IMG/VR virus record: IMGVR_UViG_3300043777_000365
Location: 22,754 to 86,753 of that record
Length of the DNA: 64,000 bases
Source of the DNA: a virus
Direction: 5' to 3' (one strand)
The notes under the pieces are model-generated. The model was given only the letters and a program-made list of their open reading frames with translations, did not search any database and was not told the DNA's origin. Positions 33,488-41,741 of the stretch are shown here, one piece after another; within the stretch, counting starts at the first letter, position 1, and the number at the start of each line of letters is the position of its first letter. Made by a program: the position numbers and the translations under genes.

Positions 33488-33859
33488 TCACGGGAGCACG
33501 ATCTCGGCCACCGACCTGGGGAAGGAGACCCCCGCAGCCGGGGACCCGCCCCCGTCGACGGGCACCGGCGCGAAGCCGAAGTCCTCGTCGCGCCTGTAGC
33601 CCTTCGGGACGAGCGCGCCGTAGTAGCGGCGGGCCTCCTCGGGGGTCAGCTCGTCGACCCCCCTCCCCTCGAACATTACGCTGAGCAGCTTGTCGGAGAG
33701 GTGCTTCACCTCCGCCGACAGCTCGAGGATCTTGTCCTGGTCCCGCTCCCACGCGACCTCGAGCCTGCGCATGCACCTCGGGCACTCCGCCACGTGAGAC
33801 GTCGCGATGGCGAGGCCCGCCCGGTGCTGGTCGCAGGCGAACGTCCTCGGCCAGCTCAT
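33488..33859 (-). CDS. Hypothetical protein
   Basis: ATGA coupling to the scaffold stop; MSWPRTFACDQH. Confidence 0.5.
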   Translation of the reverse strand: MSWPRTFACDQHRAGLAIATSHVAECPRCMRRLEVAWERDQDKILELSAEVKHLSDKLLSVMFEGRGVDELTPEEARRYYGALVPKGYRRDEDFGFAPVPVDGGGSPAAGVSFPRSVAEIVLP

Positions 33860-34845
33860 TGCTGCTGGACGGGCGGGGGCGCTCGCATGATGGCCTGCTG
33901 CACCTGCGCCACCTCGGCCGGGGTCAGGCTGTTCGGCCTGCCGCTCGCCATGGTCTTCCCGGGGAACATCTGCTGCACGATGCTGCTCTCCCCGGACGAC
34001 GGCCGCTGCGGCGTCTGGCGGTTGTTGTTCGGGGGCGCGCCGCTGCTCATCGGCCGGCCGTTCTGCGGCTGCGCTTGGGCCGGCGGCTGCTGCGCCGGGG
34101 GCTGCTGCTGGTGCTGCGCGTCGGGCTGACCGCCGGCGTCGTCCGCCGGGGCCTGCTGCTGCGCCTGCTTGAAGCCGAGGCTCACGCACTTCTTGTCGAA
34201 CCACTCGCGCAGCCGGCGCTCGCCGTGGCCGCGCTTCGGGTTGAGCTTCTTCAGGAGGTGCCGGTCGCTCCGGAGCTCGGTCTTCAGGATCTTGATGACC
34301 TCGCCCATCTTGTCGGTGGGCACGACGTCTCCGGCGACGCGCGAGATGCGCCTGTCCCAGCGCTGCACGCTCACCTTGTCCTTGTACTTCTCCATCCGGC
34401 GGACGGCGTGGCGGGCGTGGCGCTCGGCGGCGGCCTTGTCCGCCTCGTACTTCTGCTTCTCCGTCATCGAGTCGCGCTGCCGCTGCTCCTCCGCCTCCTT
34501 GAGCTTCGCGTACTCCTGCTGCCGCGCCTTCAGCGCCTCGCGCATCTGGTCGCTGTTCGTCCCGCTCGGGAAGTCCAGCCCCATCTCCTTGCCCCACGAG
34601 CGCAGCTCCTTGCGGCCGTACTTGGACAGCTGCTTCTGGAACTCGCGCCGCGACAGCCGGTAGAAGCCGTCCTTGTCCGGGGCCGGGGGCTCGCCCGAGT
34701 CGACCGGCGGGGGCTGTCCCCCGGCCGCCTGCTGCGTCTGCGCGGGCGGAGCCGCGGGGGTCCCCGTCGCCGGGGGTGCTGCCGGCGGGGCCGCCGGCGG
34801 CGCTCCCCCCACGGGCTGGTTCGGCTGCTCCACGACCTCGGCCAT
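33856..34845 (-). CDS. Capsid scaffolding protein
   Basis: Pro/Ala/Gln-rich ends with a central charged coiled coil; upstream of the capsid gene. Confidence 0.7.
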   Translation of the reverse strand: MAEVVEQPNQPVGGAPPAAPPAAPPATGTPAAPPAQTQQAAGGQPPPVDSGEPPAPDKDGFYRLSRREFQKQLSKYGRKELRSWGKEMGLDFPSGTNSDQMREALKARQQEYAKLKEAEEQRQRDSMTEKQKYEADKAAAERHARHAVRRMEKYKDKVSVQRWDRRISRVAGDVVPTDKMGEVIKILKTELRSDRHLLKKLNPKRGHGERRLREWFDKKCVSLGFKQAQQQAPADDAGGQPDAQHQQQPPAQQPPAQAQPQNGRPMSSGAPPNNNRQTPQRPSSGESSIVQQMFPGKTMASGRPNSLTPAEVAQVQQAIMRAPPPVQQQ

Positions 34846-34921
34846 GCGTGCTTCTCCCTTGTGCTCTCTTCGTTGTGTGCTGCTCGGGGCCCGGCTCCGG
34901 GGCCCCTTCCGTCTTCCGACC

Positions 34922-35731
34922 TTAGGTGAACAGGGCCGTGTTCGGCACCGCGCCGCCGTTGGCCTGCTCGAGGATGGAGTTGAGGTCGGTCGTCTGGGCG
35001 CTCGCCCCGGTGAGCTGCGCCCCCGGGATCTGCGTCGTCGACACGAGCCCGCTCGCGACGAGCAGGTCGACCTGGCACTGGGTCACCACGTCGGTGGCGC
35101 TGTTGAAGTAGACCTTCGTCCCGTCCTTGGAGAGGGCGGCGGTGAGGGTCGCGGTGTTCGTGGTCGCCGGCACGAGGATCTGCTTCTGGCCGGTGAAGGT
35201 CGCGACGGTGGCGTTCGCCTGCAGCAGCAGGATGGCCAGCCCGGAGTAGGGGGCCGGGATGGTCGCGACGCCGGCCGGGGCGGCGAGCGTGAGGCTCGTG
35301 ATGCCGAGCTTGCTGTTCGCCTGGTTGCCGAGCACGTCGCCCTTCTGCGGCGTGTAGATGACGTCCACGCTCGTGACCGCGTCGGACGTGAGGAAGACGA
35401 TGTCGCCGTTGGGGGCGATGGCCGCCTGCGTGGTGGTCGGCGTGGTGCCGTACGCGACGATGGTGAACTCGCCCGCGGCCGCGGTCGCCGTGCGGACGGT
35501 GACGCGGTGGAGGATGGCGGCCTTCGCGTCCTGCGGCAGCTGGATGGCCGAGAGCGTCGAGACCTGCTGCGGGTAGGCCGCGACGGGCGTCCTGCCGCGC
35601 AGGTAGACCGGCATCCCGCGGAGCGCGTCGCCGAAGGCGATGCTTCGCAGCATGTCGGCGAGCACGTTGGGGTCGGCGCGGTTGAGCGCCTCACGGACCG
35701 ACTCGTTGCTGGAGGTCTGCGCGATCGTCAT
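34922..35731 (-). CDS. Head decoration/structural protein
   Basis: 269 aa, T/A-rich, within the head module. Confidence 0.55.
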   Translation of the reverse strand: MTIAQTSSNESVREALNRADPNVLADMLRSIAFGDALRGMPVYLRGRTPVAAYPQQVSTLSAIQLPQDAKAAILHRVTVRTATAAAGEFTIVAYGTTPTTTQAAIAPNGDIVFLTSDAVTSVDVIYTPQKGDVLGNQANSKLGITSLTLAAPAGVATIPAPYSGLAILLLQANATVATFTGQKQILVPATTNTATLTAALSKDGTKVYFNSATDVVTQCQVDLLVASGLVSTTQIPGAQLTGASAQTTDLNSILEQANGGAVPNTALFT

Positions 35732-35790
35732 GGCTTGGAATCTCCCTCGGGGGTGTTGCTGAGACTTCTATCAGCGCTCGGGCGCGCTTG

Positions 35791-36234
35791 TCACTGGGGG
35801 CCGCTCACGACGTACTCGACGTCGGCCGCCCCGGCGATGGCGATGCCCGTGCAGTAGCCCCCGCTCGGCGCCTCCCAGAGGAACGTCCCGTACACCGGGA
35901 CGACGCTCGTGATGGTGCCCGAGCCCCCGAGGTTCTGGATGGTGAGCTGCACCTGCACCGGGCCGTCGGTGCGGATGTAGACCGTGTCGGCGGTGGTGAC
36001 GTTGTCGGTCGCGCCCACCCCCGAGAGCGCGACGTAGGTGCCGTACGCGCTCGTGTTCGTCTTGTAGCCGCGCGCCTGCTTCGCGCTGTTCTTCGGGTTG
36101 GGCGTCGTAGCGAGCCCGGTCTGCACCGTGCCGGCGGGGATGGTCCCCTGCGCCGACACGCTCGTCGTCGTGCCCTGCACGCTCTGGGGCGTGAGGGTGA
36201 GCGTGCCGGTGAGGAGGATCTGCGCGGCGGCCAT
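35791..36234 (-). CDS. Structural protein (beta-rich)
   Basis: 147 aa, T/G/V-rich; palindrome immediately upstream. Confidence 0.55.
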   Translation of the reverse strand: MAAAQILLTGTLTLTPQSVQGTTTSVSAQGTIPAGTVQTGLATTPNPKNSAKQARGYKTNTSAYGTYVALSGVGATDNVTTADTVYIRTDGPVQVQLTIQNLGGSGTITSVVPVYGTFLWEAPSGGYCTGIAIAGAADVEYVVSGPQ

Positions 36235-36247
36235 GGAATCTCCCTAG

Positions 36248-36267
36248 TTGGAAACCCGGGTTTCCAA
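36248..36267. repeat. 20-bp palindrome copy 9
   Basis: Exact; intergenic. Confidence 0.95.
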
Positions 36268-36269
36268 CC

Positions 36270-36659
36270 TCAGCGGCTCGAGACCTTGAAGGGCTTGTGC
36301 GCCGGCATGATCTTCGGGGCGCCAAGGTCGCGCGCGGGCGTCTGGATGCTCGCGTCGATCTGCTCCTGCGGCCAGATGCCCCCGGCCGGGATGCTGTCCT
36401 CGCACCGGGGCGTGCCCTCAGGCTGAGCGCCCTTCTCGGTCTTCGCCGGGTTGACGGTGCCCTGGCCCGAGTCCGCGCCCGGGGGCTTCTGCCCGTCCTT
36501 GACGAAGTTGTGCCCGGCGCTCGGCCCGCCCGAGCCCGCCGGCTTCTGCACGAAGTTGTTGCCCGTGCTGGGGCCGCCGGTCTTGCCACCGGGGGCTCCG
36601 CCTCCGTTGCCGAAGGGGCTGCTCACTCCACCACCGCTGGTCTTTCCATCGCCGGGCAT
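36270..36659 (-). CDS. Gly/Pro-rich disordered protein ending KPFKVSSR
   Basis: AAGGAG SD; repeated NFV motif. Confidence 0.6.
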   Translation of the reverse strand: MPGDGKTSGGGVSSPFGNGGGAPGGKTGGPSTGNNFVQKPAGSGGPSAGHNFVKDGQKPPGADSGQGTVNPAKTEKGAQPEGTPRCEDSIPAGGIWPQEQIDASIQTPARDLGAPKIMPAHKPFKVSSR

Positions 36660-36686
36660 TTGGTTTGCTCCTTGTTTCCTTGGACT

Positions 36687-36929
36687 CTACTTGACCTTGA
36701 ACGGCTTGCGGGCGGCCGGCGCCTCCGGGTACGGCATCGTCGCGTGGAAGCTCGGGGTCAGCCCGGTCTTCTCGGGAGGGGCCGGGATGGGCATGTCCGG
36801 CACCCGCTCCATCGGGTCCGCGGTCGTCTTCATCGACTCGTCCTGGATGACCCGCTGCCCGTCGTGGGGGAACTTGGCGGCGGCCGCCTTCGCGGCCCCC
36901 TGCTGCCCTGGCTTGAAGTTGCTCCTCAT
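36687..36929 (-). CDS. Small Pro-rich protein ending KPFKVK
   Basis: GGAGG SD; MRSNFKPGQQG. Confidence 0.55.
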   Translation of the reverse strand: MRSNFKPGQQGAAKAAAAKFPHDGQRVIQDESMKTTADPMERVPDMPIPAPPEKTGLTPSFHATMPYPEAPAARKPFKVK

Positions 36930-37105
36930 CGGCGGCCTCCAAGCGCAGAGGCTACAGCCTCCGGCGGCTGCTTGAACAGCTGCTGGCCGGCCTGGAGGAT
37001 CACCTCGGTCCTCCAGCCCTGCTCGTTGGCGTCGGCCGCCCTGACGAGGCACACCGCGTCCGGGTTGAGCCACACCCCTTCGATCTCCACGAGCTCCATC
37101 TCGAG

Positions 37106-37795
37106 CTAGGGGAGAACAAAGTAGAGGATGTCGATGGTGACCGAGCCCGCGGTGGCCGCGTTAACGTTCGCGCTCGTCGACGTGAAGAGCACCGTCACCT
37201 GCGTGGACGCCGAGTAGAGCGGCTGCGGGTTGGTGCCCGAGGTGCCGGCCACGAGCCCGACCGCCGTGAAGACGGACTGGCTCGACACGATGTCGATGCT
37301 CGACACCCCGCCGACCCCGATGGTCATCGCGGTCAGGCCGCCGCCGGTGAAGGCCACCGTGCCGTTGATCTCCCTCGAGACCACGCGAGCGTTCGCCGGC
37401 AGGAGCAGCGAGCCCGTGATGCCGGTCGCCGTGCCGTTGGGGCTCAGCGTCTGGGTGGTCGCGGCCGACGTGAGCGCCGCGTTGGTGATGGTGGTCGTGG
37501 CCTTCTGGATGGTGCCGTAGACGTTCGGCGTGGCCCCGCCCAGCGTGCTGCCGTTGGTGGCGGCCTCGGCCGCCGCGAGCATGAGCGGGGCGAGGATGTC
37601 GCTCGGGACGCCGCGGCGCTTCATGAGCGTGATGTTCGCGGAGGCCGCCGCGACCACCGGGTCGGCCGCCGGCCAGAGCACCCCGCCGTTCGCCTGGATC
37701 TTGGGCGTCGAGTAGATGGCGTCGTTGATCTGCTTGCCGGCGCGCAGGAGGTAGACGCCGTACTGCGTGTCGTTGAGGAGGTACCAGAGGGCCAT
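37106..37795 (-). CDS. Structural protein (decoration-like)
   Basis: MALWYLLNDT; T/S/A-rich C-terminal beta domain. Confidence 0.55.
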   Translation of the reverse strand: MALWYLLNDTQYGVYLLRAGKQINDAIYSTPKIQANGGVLWPAADPVVAAASANITLMKRRGVPSDILAPLMLAAAEAATNGSTLGGATPNVYGTIQKATTTITNAALTSAATTQTLSPNGTATGITGSLLLPANARVVSREINGTVAFTGGGLTAMTIGVGGVSSIDIVSSQSVFTAVGLVAGTSGTNPQPLYSASTQVTVLFTSTSANVNAATAGSVTIDILYFVLP

Positions 37796-37868
37796 GGGGG
37801 TCCGAATCCTTCGCCGGGCTTGGTGTGTTGCCGGCCGCACTTGCAGCGTGGACGTGACCCCTAGACCG

Positions 37869-38225
37869 CTACGCGCTTCCCTCGTCCTCCGCAAGGCCGG
37901 GGTTGGAAACCCGGGTTTCCAACCTGGCCCGGTTCGCCCCGCGCACCTCCTCGAGCAGCGCCCTCACCGACCGCGCGCGCCTGCGCCGCTTCACCACCGA
38001 CTTGGGCAGCTCCGGCTTGGCCGGCGGGGGCCGCTTGGCCTCCTTGAAGAACAACGACGCCGGGTACGGCACCACCGCCGCCTTGTGCGTCTCGTCCGAG
38101 GCCGACTCGAACCATCCCCCGTCGTGGCACCTGAGATGCCCTCCTCGGTTCACATGCTCGCGGTGGTGCCGCCTGCAGTGCCTGCAGAGCAGCATCGAGA
38201 GGGCGAACTCTTGGAGCCTGTTCAT
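37869..38225 (-). CDS. Hypothetical protein (Cys/His N-terminus)
   Basis: ATGA coupling; contains a palindrome copy near the 3' end. Confidence 0.45.
   Translation of the reverse strand: MNRLQEFALSMLLCRHCRRHHREHVNRGGHLRCHDGGWFESASDETHKAAVVPYPASLFFKEAKRPPPAKPELPKSVVKRRRRARSVRALLEEVRGANRARLETRVSNPGLAEDEGSA
37903..37922. repeat. 20-bp palindrome copy 10
   Basis: Exact; at the 3' end of a small ORF. Confidence 0.95.
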
Positions 38226-38407
38226 GTCCCGCTAAACTTTACAGCCCCCCGCGACCTGGCGAGGTCGCCGCGGATGGCCTTCTCGCGCTTGCTCAGCTCC
38301 ACGAGCTCCCTCCGGACGCACACGTCTTGGTACTGGGAGAGCTGGGACCGGAGCAGCTTGGTCAGCTTCTCCTTCATCGACGCGATGCGATCGTCCTCGG
38401 TGGTCAT
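38222..38407 (-). CDS. Small hypothetical protein
   Basis: ATGA coupling; MTTEDDRIAS. Confidence 0.45.
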   Translation of the reverse strand: MTTEDDRIASMKEKLTKLLRSQLSQYQDVCVRRELVELSKREKAIRGDLARSRGAVKFSGT

Positions 38408-38745
38408 CGACGGGGACCGTGCTCGAGGACGACGACGGCCTCGCCCACGTCGAGCGAGGCCCACTGCTTGAACGCCTTGCGCACGACGACCCACCGGTGC
38501 GCGGCCTCCTCGGCGTGCTTGGCGACCCAGCGCGCGTGGGCCATGGCGGCGTGCGCGTCGGGCTCGGACAGGGCCAGCAAGCAATGATCGAGGAGCTCCC
38601 GGCGCATCCGCTCCGCCTCCTCCACCTCGCGGCGGGCCCAGCCTTCCGGCATCGCCCGCTTGAACCTGGACCACGCGTCGTGCTCGGCGTTCGCCATCAG
38701 CTGCAGCGCCAGCGCCTGGTAGCCCGCGTCCCCGTGCTCTCCCAT
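38404..38745 (-). CDS. Hypothetical helical protein
   Basis: GGCATGAT-N7-ATG after a palindrome. Confidence 0.6.
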   Translation of the reverse strand: MGEHGDAGYQALALQLMANAEHDAWSRFKRAMPEGWARREVEEAERMRRELLDHCLLALSEPDAHAAMAHARWVAKHAEEAAHRWVVVRKAFKQWASLDVGEAVVVLEHGPRR

Positions 38746-38773
38746 GCCCCCCATCATGCCGCCCGCCCAGGGT

Positions 38774-38793
38774 TTGGAAACCCGGGTTTCCAA
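38774..38793. repeat. 20-bp palindrome copy 11
   Basis: Exact; extends to a 28-bp palindrome (38770-38797). Confidence 0.95.
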
Positions 38794-38798
38794 ACCCT

Positions 38799-39797
38799 TC
38801 ACCCGAAGCGGCTCGCCGGGATGGTCGACATCACTCGGGGCCTGCCGGGGAACTTCTTCAGCCCGTCGCGGACGGCGCGCGCGTGCACCTCGCCGGTGCC
38901 CTTGGGCCGAAGCTGCTGCGGGACGGGCCACGAGAGCCGGTGCGCCACGACGATCTCGCGATCGTTCGGCCTGTTCGGGGGGGTGAGGAAGAGCTCGTGC
39001 TCGCCGTCGTAGGTCACGTACTCGAACGGCTCGGAGACGCGCCGCACCTCGCCGTGCACGTTGTAGCTATCCCAAGATGTGCGGTCGTCGAACGTCGCGC
39101 TGACGATGCGCACGACGTCGCCGAGCTCTCGCTGCGCCGCCTTGTGCGTCTCGTGGGCGGCGCGGTTGCTGGCCCCGTGCAGCTCGGTCCTCGCGATCCG
39201 CTCGGCCCACGAGGCAGGCGCACCCTGGAGGAACGGGCTGGCCTCGATGAGCTCGCCCCTCACCTCCGCGGTCGACTTGCCCTGCGCCACCCCCTGCTGG
39301 AGGACCCGCTCGAACTCGCCGACGGTGGCCTCGCCGTAGCGGGCCAGCACCCCGGGATCCCCCTGCGTCCCCAGCCGCCTCAGCAAGCTCGCCTTGGCCC
39401 CTTGGGCGGCCGCGTCGAGCATCATCGCCTCGTTCAGGGCCAGCGGGCTCGAGCCCACCCCGCGGAAGGCCTGCTCGGCGGCCTTGAGGTAGCCCAGGGC
39501 CCCCTCGCCGGCCTTGTGGGCCACCTCCCCCGCCCGATCGGAGAGGACGTCCCTCAGGTCGTCCTCGAGCCCGCGCACCACCTCCCGCACCTGGGCGAGT
39601 GAGGCGCGCATCCTCGCCTCGGTGAAGGTCTCGGCCCTCTTGCCGCGCAGCCCCTCGGCCTGGTGCAGGCGCCGGGCGAGCTCGCCCTCGGACTGGCGGA
39701 GCACCCGGAGGAGCGCGCGCCGGCCGGTGGAGGAGGCGACGTCGAGCGCCTGCTGGCGGTTGGCGGCGAGCGCGTCGCGGATGCGGTCGATGGGCAC
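38799..39797 (-). CDS. Head morphogenesis protein (MuF/SPP1 gp7-like)
   Basis: AERIARTE...DDRT...HGE...PPNRPNDRE MuF motifs; TAACCT-N7-GTG. Confidence 0.8.
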   Translation of the reverse strand: MPIDRIRDALAANRQQALDVASSTGRRALLRVLRQSEGELARRLHQAEGLRGKRAETFTEARMRASLAQVREVVRGLEDDLRDVLSDRAGEVAHKAGEGALGYLKAAEQAFRGVGSSPLALNEAMMLDAAAQGAKASLLRRLGTQGDPGVLARYGEATVGEFERVLQQGVAQGKSTAEVRGELIEASPFLQGAPASWAERIARTELHGASNRAAHETHKAAQRELGDVVRIVSATFDDRTSWDSYNVHGEVRRVSEPFEYVTYDGEHELFLTPPNRPNDREIVVAHRLSWPVPQQLRPKGTGEVHARAVRDGLKKFPGRPRVMSTIPASRFG

Positions 39798-39958
39798 GGT
39801 GGGGAGGTTACTCCCACTCGTAGTAGGGCCACGTCGCCAGCCCGAACCGCACCGCACGGCGCCAGGCATCGAGCTCGCCCTCTAGCTGTACGATCCGCGC
39901 CTTCAATCGCTTCACGCACACGAATCACTCATCGGCTGATCTCCTTCGTTTGGGCCTG

Positions 39959-40281
39959 AATCGCGCGCACGGTCACGCGCCGGCTTTCGATTCTGCACAC
40001 GCAGGCACGTACGCCTCGCACGCGCATCGAGCGCATGCGTGAGGTGGGAAGCGATAGTGCTTGTGCGGTGTCGCAGCTCGCGGGTCAGACGCATTCCCCT
40101 GACATACGCATCTGTCGGGATGCTCGGCTGCACTCCGGTAGTTCCATGACAAGCACCCCGTGGTGTCATTGAAACGTTCACTCCGCTCCCATATCGGAGT
40201 CGGTCGGAAGATGCGCTCCCATCCCTCACGGTATGCCTGCGTCACTTCGTCCTCCTCTCAATCGCGCGCACGGTCACGCGC
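39959..40281. repeat. 22-bp direct repeats flanking a small gene
   Basis: AATCGCGCGCACGGTCACGCGC at 39959-39980 and 40260-40281. Confidence 0.9.
39973..40245 (-). CDS. Small Cys-rich protein
   Basis: AGGAGG SD; YREGWERIF; CARCAC. Confidence 0.5.
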   Translation of the reverse strand: MTQAYREGWERIFRPTPIWERSERFNDTTGCLSWNYRSAAEHPDRCVCQGNASDPRAATPHKHYRFPPHACARCACEAYVPACAESKAGA

Positions 40282-40528
40282 TCTTGTCCGAGATCCATCG
40301 TCCTCGCTTCTCGTCGATTCGAGGCTGCATGAGGTAGCGCAACGCCTCCGCGACGGTGCGCATGTCCTCGTCGAGGTCCCGGCGACGGAGGACTCGGCCG
40401 GCAGCTTCGTAGAGAGGTCGATTGGCGCGTTGCCGTTGCACCGCATAGCACCAGTGGCACCCGCCCTGGCATCCGGGGAAGTCGCAGAACTTTCGTGGGT
40501 TCCCCTTAGCTGCCCTTACCGCTGCCAT
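40274..40528 (-). CDS. Small Cys-rich protein
   Basis: CDFPGCQGGCHWC. Confidence 0.5.
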   Translation of the reverse strand: MAAVRAAKGNPRKFCDFPGCQGGCHWCYAVQRQRANRPLYEAAGRVLRRRDLDEDMRTVAEALRYLMQPRIDEKRGRWISDKSA

Positions 40529-40561
40529 GTCTCGCCTTCCTTCGCGCGCATTTTCGGTGAC

Positions 40562-40744
40562 CTACTTACCGTCGCTTCCGAGCCTCGCCCGGCGAATGAG
40601 TTGCTCGACGGCGCCGCTCCGAGACTGTCCGCGCTCATACGCAATTGCGTCGAGGCGGGCGAGCGCTTCGGGCGAGAGGGTAAGCGTCACCATGGGGCGC
40701 TTGCGGCGGTCGTTCGTGTAGGTGGGATCGGGGGCCCGGCTCAC
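40562..40744 (-). CDS. Ribbon-helix-helix (CopG-like) DNA-binding protein
   Basis: VTLTLSPEALARLDAIAYERGQSRSGAVEQLI. Confidence 0.8.
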   Translation of the reverse strand: MSRAPDPTYTNDRRKRPMVTLTLSPEALARLDAIAYERGQSRSGAVEQLIRRARLGSDGK

Positions 40745-41055
40745 ACCTCTACCTCGTAGGTTTTGCCTTCGGCGCCGCGCAGGTACGTCTCTATCTCCTC
40801 GTCCACCTCACGTCCGGCAAAGGCTCCCTCGTTGAGATCGCTGTCGTCTGGGATCCGGTCGACAAGCTCGATCTCGACGGCCAGGCCGAGCGCGTCGGCG
40901 GCGGCCATTCGGTGGACGCCTTCGACCGCGATCAGGTCGCCGCACGACTCGTACACTCGGATGACCGGGGCTCCCCGCCCGCGCATCTCGCCGATCACTT
41001 CGGCGAGATGCGCTGGGTCGGGCCGGTGAAGCGTCGTAACGTAGCGCGTTGCCAT
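40741..41055 (-). CDS. Stand-alone ParB/Srx N-terminal-like domain protein
   Basis: APVIRV...IAVEGVHRMAAADALG matches the GxHR motif; GGAGG SD. Confidence 0.7.
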   Translation of the reverse strand: MATRYVTTLHRPDPAHLAEVIGEMRGRGAPVIRVYESCGDLIAVEGVHRMAAADALGLAVEIELVDRIPDDSDLNEGAFAGREVDEEIETYLRGAEGKTYEVEV

Positions 41056-41074
41056 AACCTTACCTCCAGAAGTA

Positions 41075-41150
41075 ACTATACGTGCTCTGTACGTACAGCG
41101 CAAGGGGTCCGATGTCGATTCTTGAAAGTACAGCCAGACTGTACGTACAG
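41075..41150 (-). promoter_or_regulatory. Sigma70-like promoter with two palindromic operators
   Basis: TTGCGC-N17-TATAGT; CTGTACGTACAG at 41087-41098 and 41139-41150. Confidence 0.65.
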
Positions 41151-41174
41151 GGCGAAGCGCGCAAAACCGGGTGT

Positions 41175-41528
41175 TTACTTCCGCTGGTTATGGCTCTCGT
41201 GCCAGAGACTCGGAGAGCCGTCCGAGCCCCGCATGACGTCGATGACGGCAGGGTCGTCCTTCCGGTGCGGGCCTGCGTCGGCGTCCCCATTACCCTCCCG
41301 CTCGCGGTAGCGGTCGAAGTCGTCCGCCAGGTCGAAGAGACTGGTCACGTAGTCCTTGTCGAGTCCGTTTCGCCCGCACCAATCGGCATAGGCTCGGAGC
41401 GCGTGAGGCGTCCCGGGGTCGCGGGCGCCGAGCACGAAGTGTGGCCAGCACGGGATCGACCCATCACGCCTCACGACAAGAAACTTACCCTCACGCACTT
41501 CACCATCAGTCTTCGCCCAAACTTTCAT
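41175..41528 (-). CDS. Hypothetical phage protein
   Basis: AGGAG SD; GKFLVVRRDG...FVLGARDP...ALRAYAD. Confidence 0.65.
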   Translation of the reverse strand: MKVWAKTDGEVREGKFLVVRRDGSIPCWPHFVLGARDPGTPHALRAYADWCGRNGLDKDYVTSLFDLADDFDRYREREGNGDADAGPHRKDDPAVIDVMRGSDGSPSLWHESHNQRK

Positions 41529-41595
41529 CGTTTTGCTCCTCGCGCGCAGAAGTGGGAACGCCACCTTGCATCCCCCATCATACCGCCAGGCTAGG

Positions 41596-41615
41596 TTGGA
41601 AACCCGGGTTTCCAA
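41596..41615. repeat. 20-bp palindrome copy 12
   Basis: Exact; downstream of the portal gene. Confidence 0.95.
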
Positions 41616-41741
41616 CCCCGGTCGACCTTCCTCCGCGACACGCGCTCCGCGTGCTCGCAGAAGGAACAGCAGCAGATCCCGCCCAGCGCGGCCCGGTGCG
41701 CCGCGTACACGAACAACAGGTGCTCCAGGTTGAGCGGCCAC

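Noticed and set aside
37844-37853. CAGCGTGGAC matching part of the leader RNA motif in the opposite orientation
   Set aside because: It is only 10 nt, and the rest of the motif is absent.
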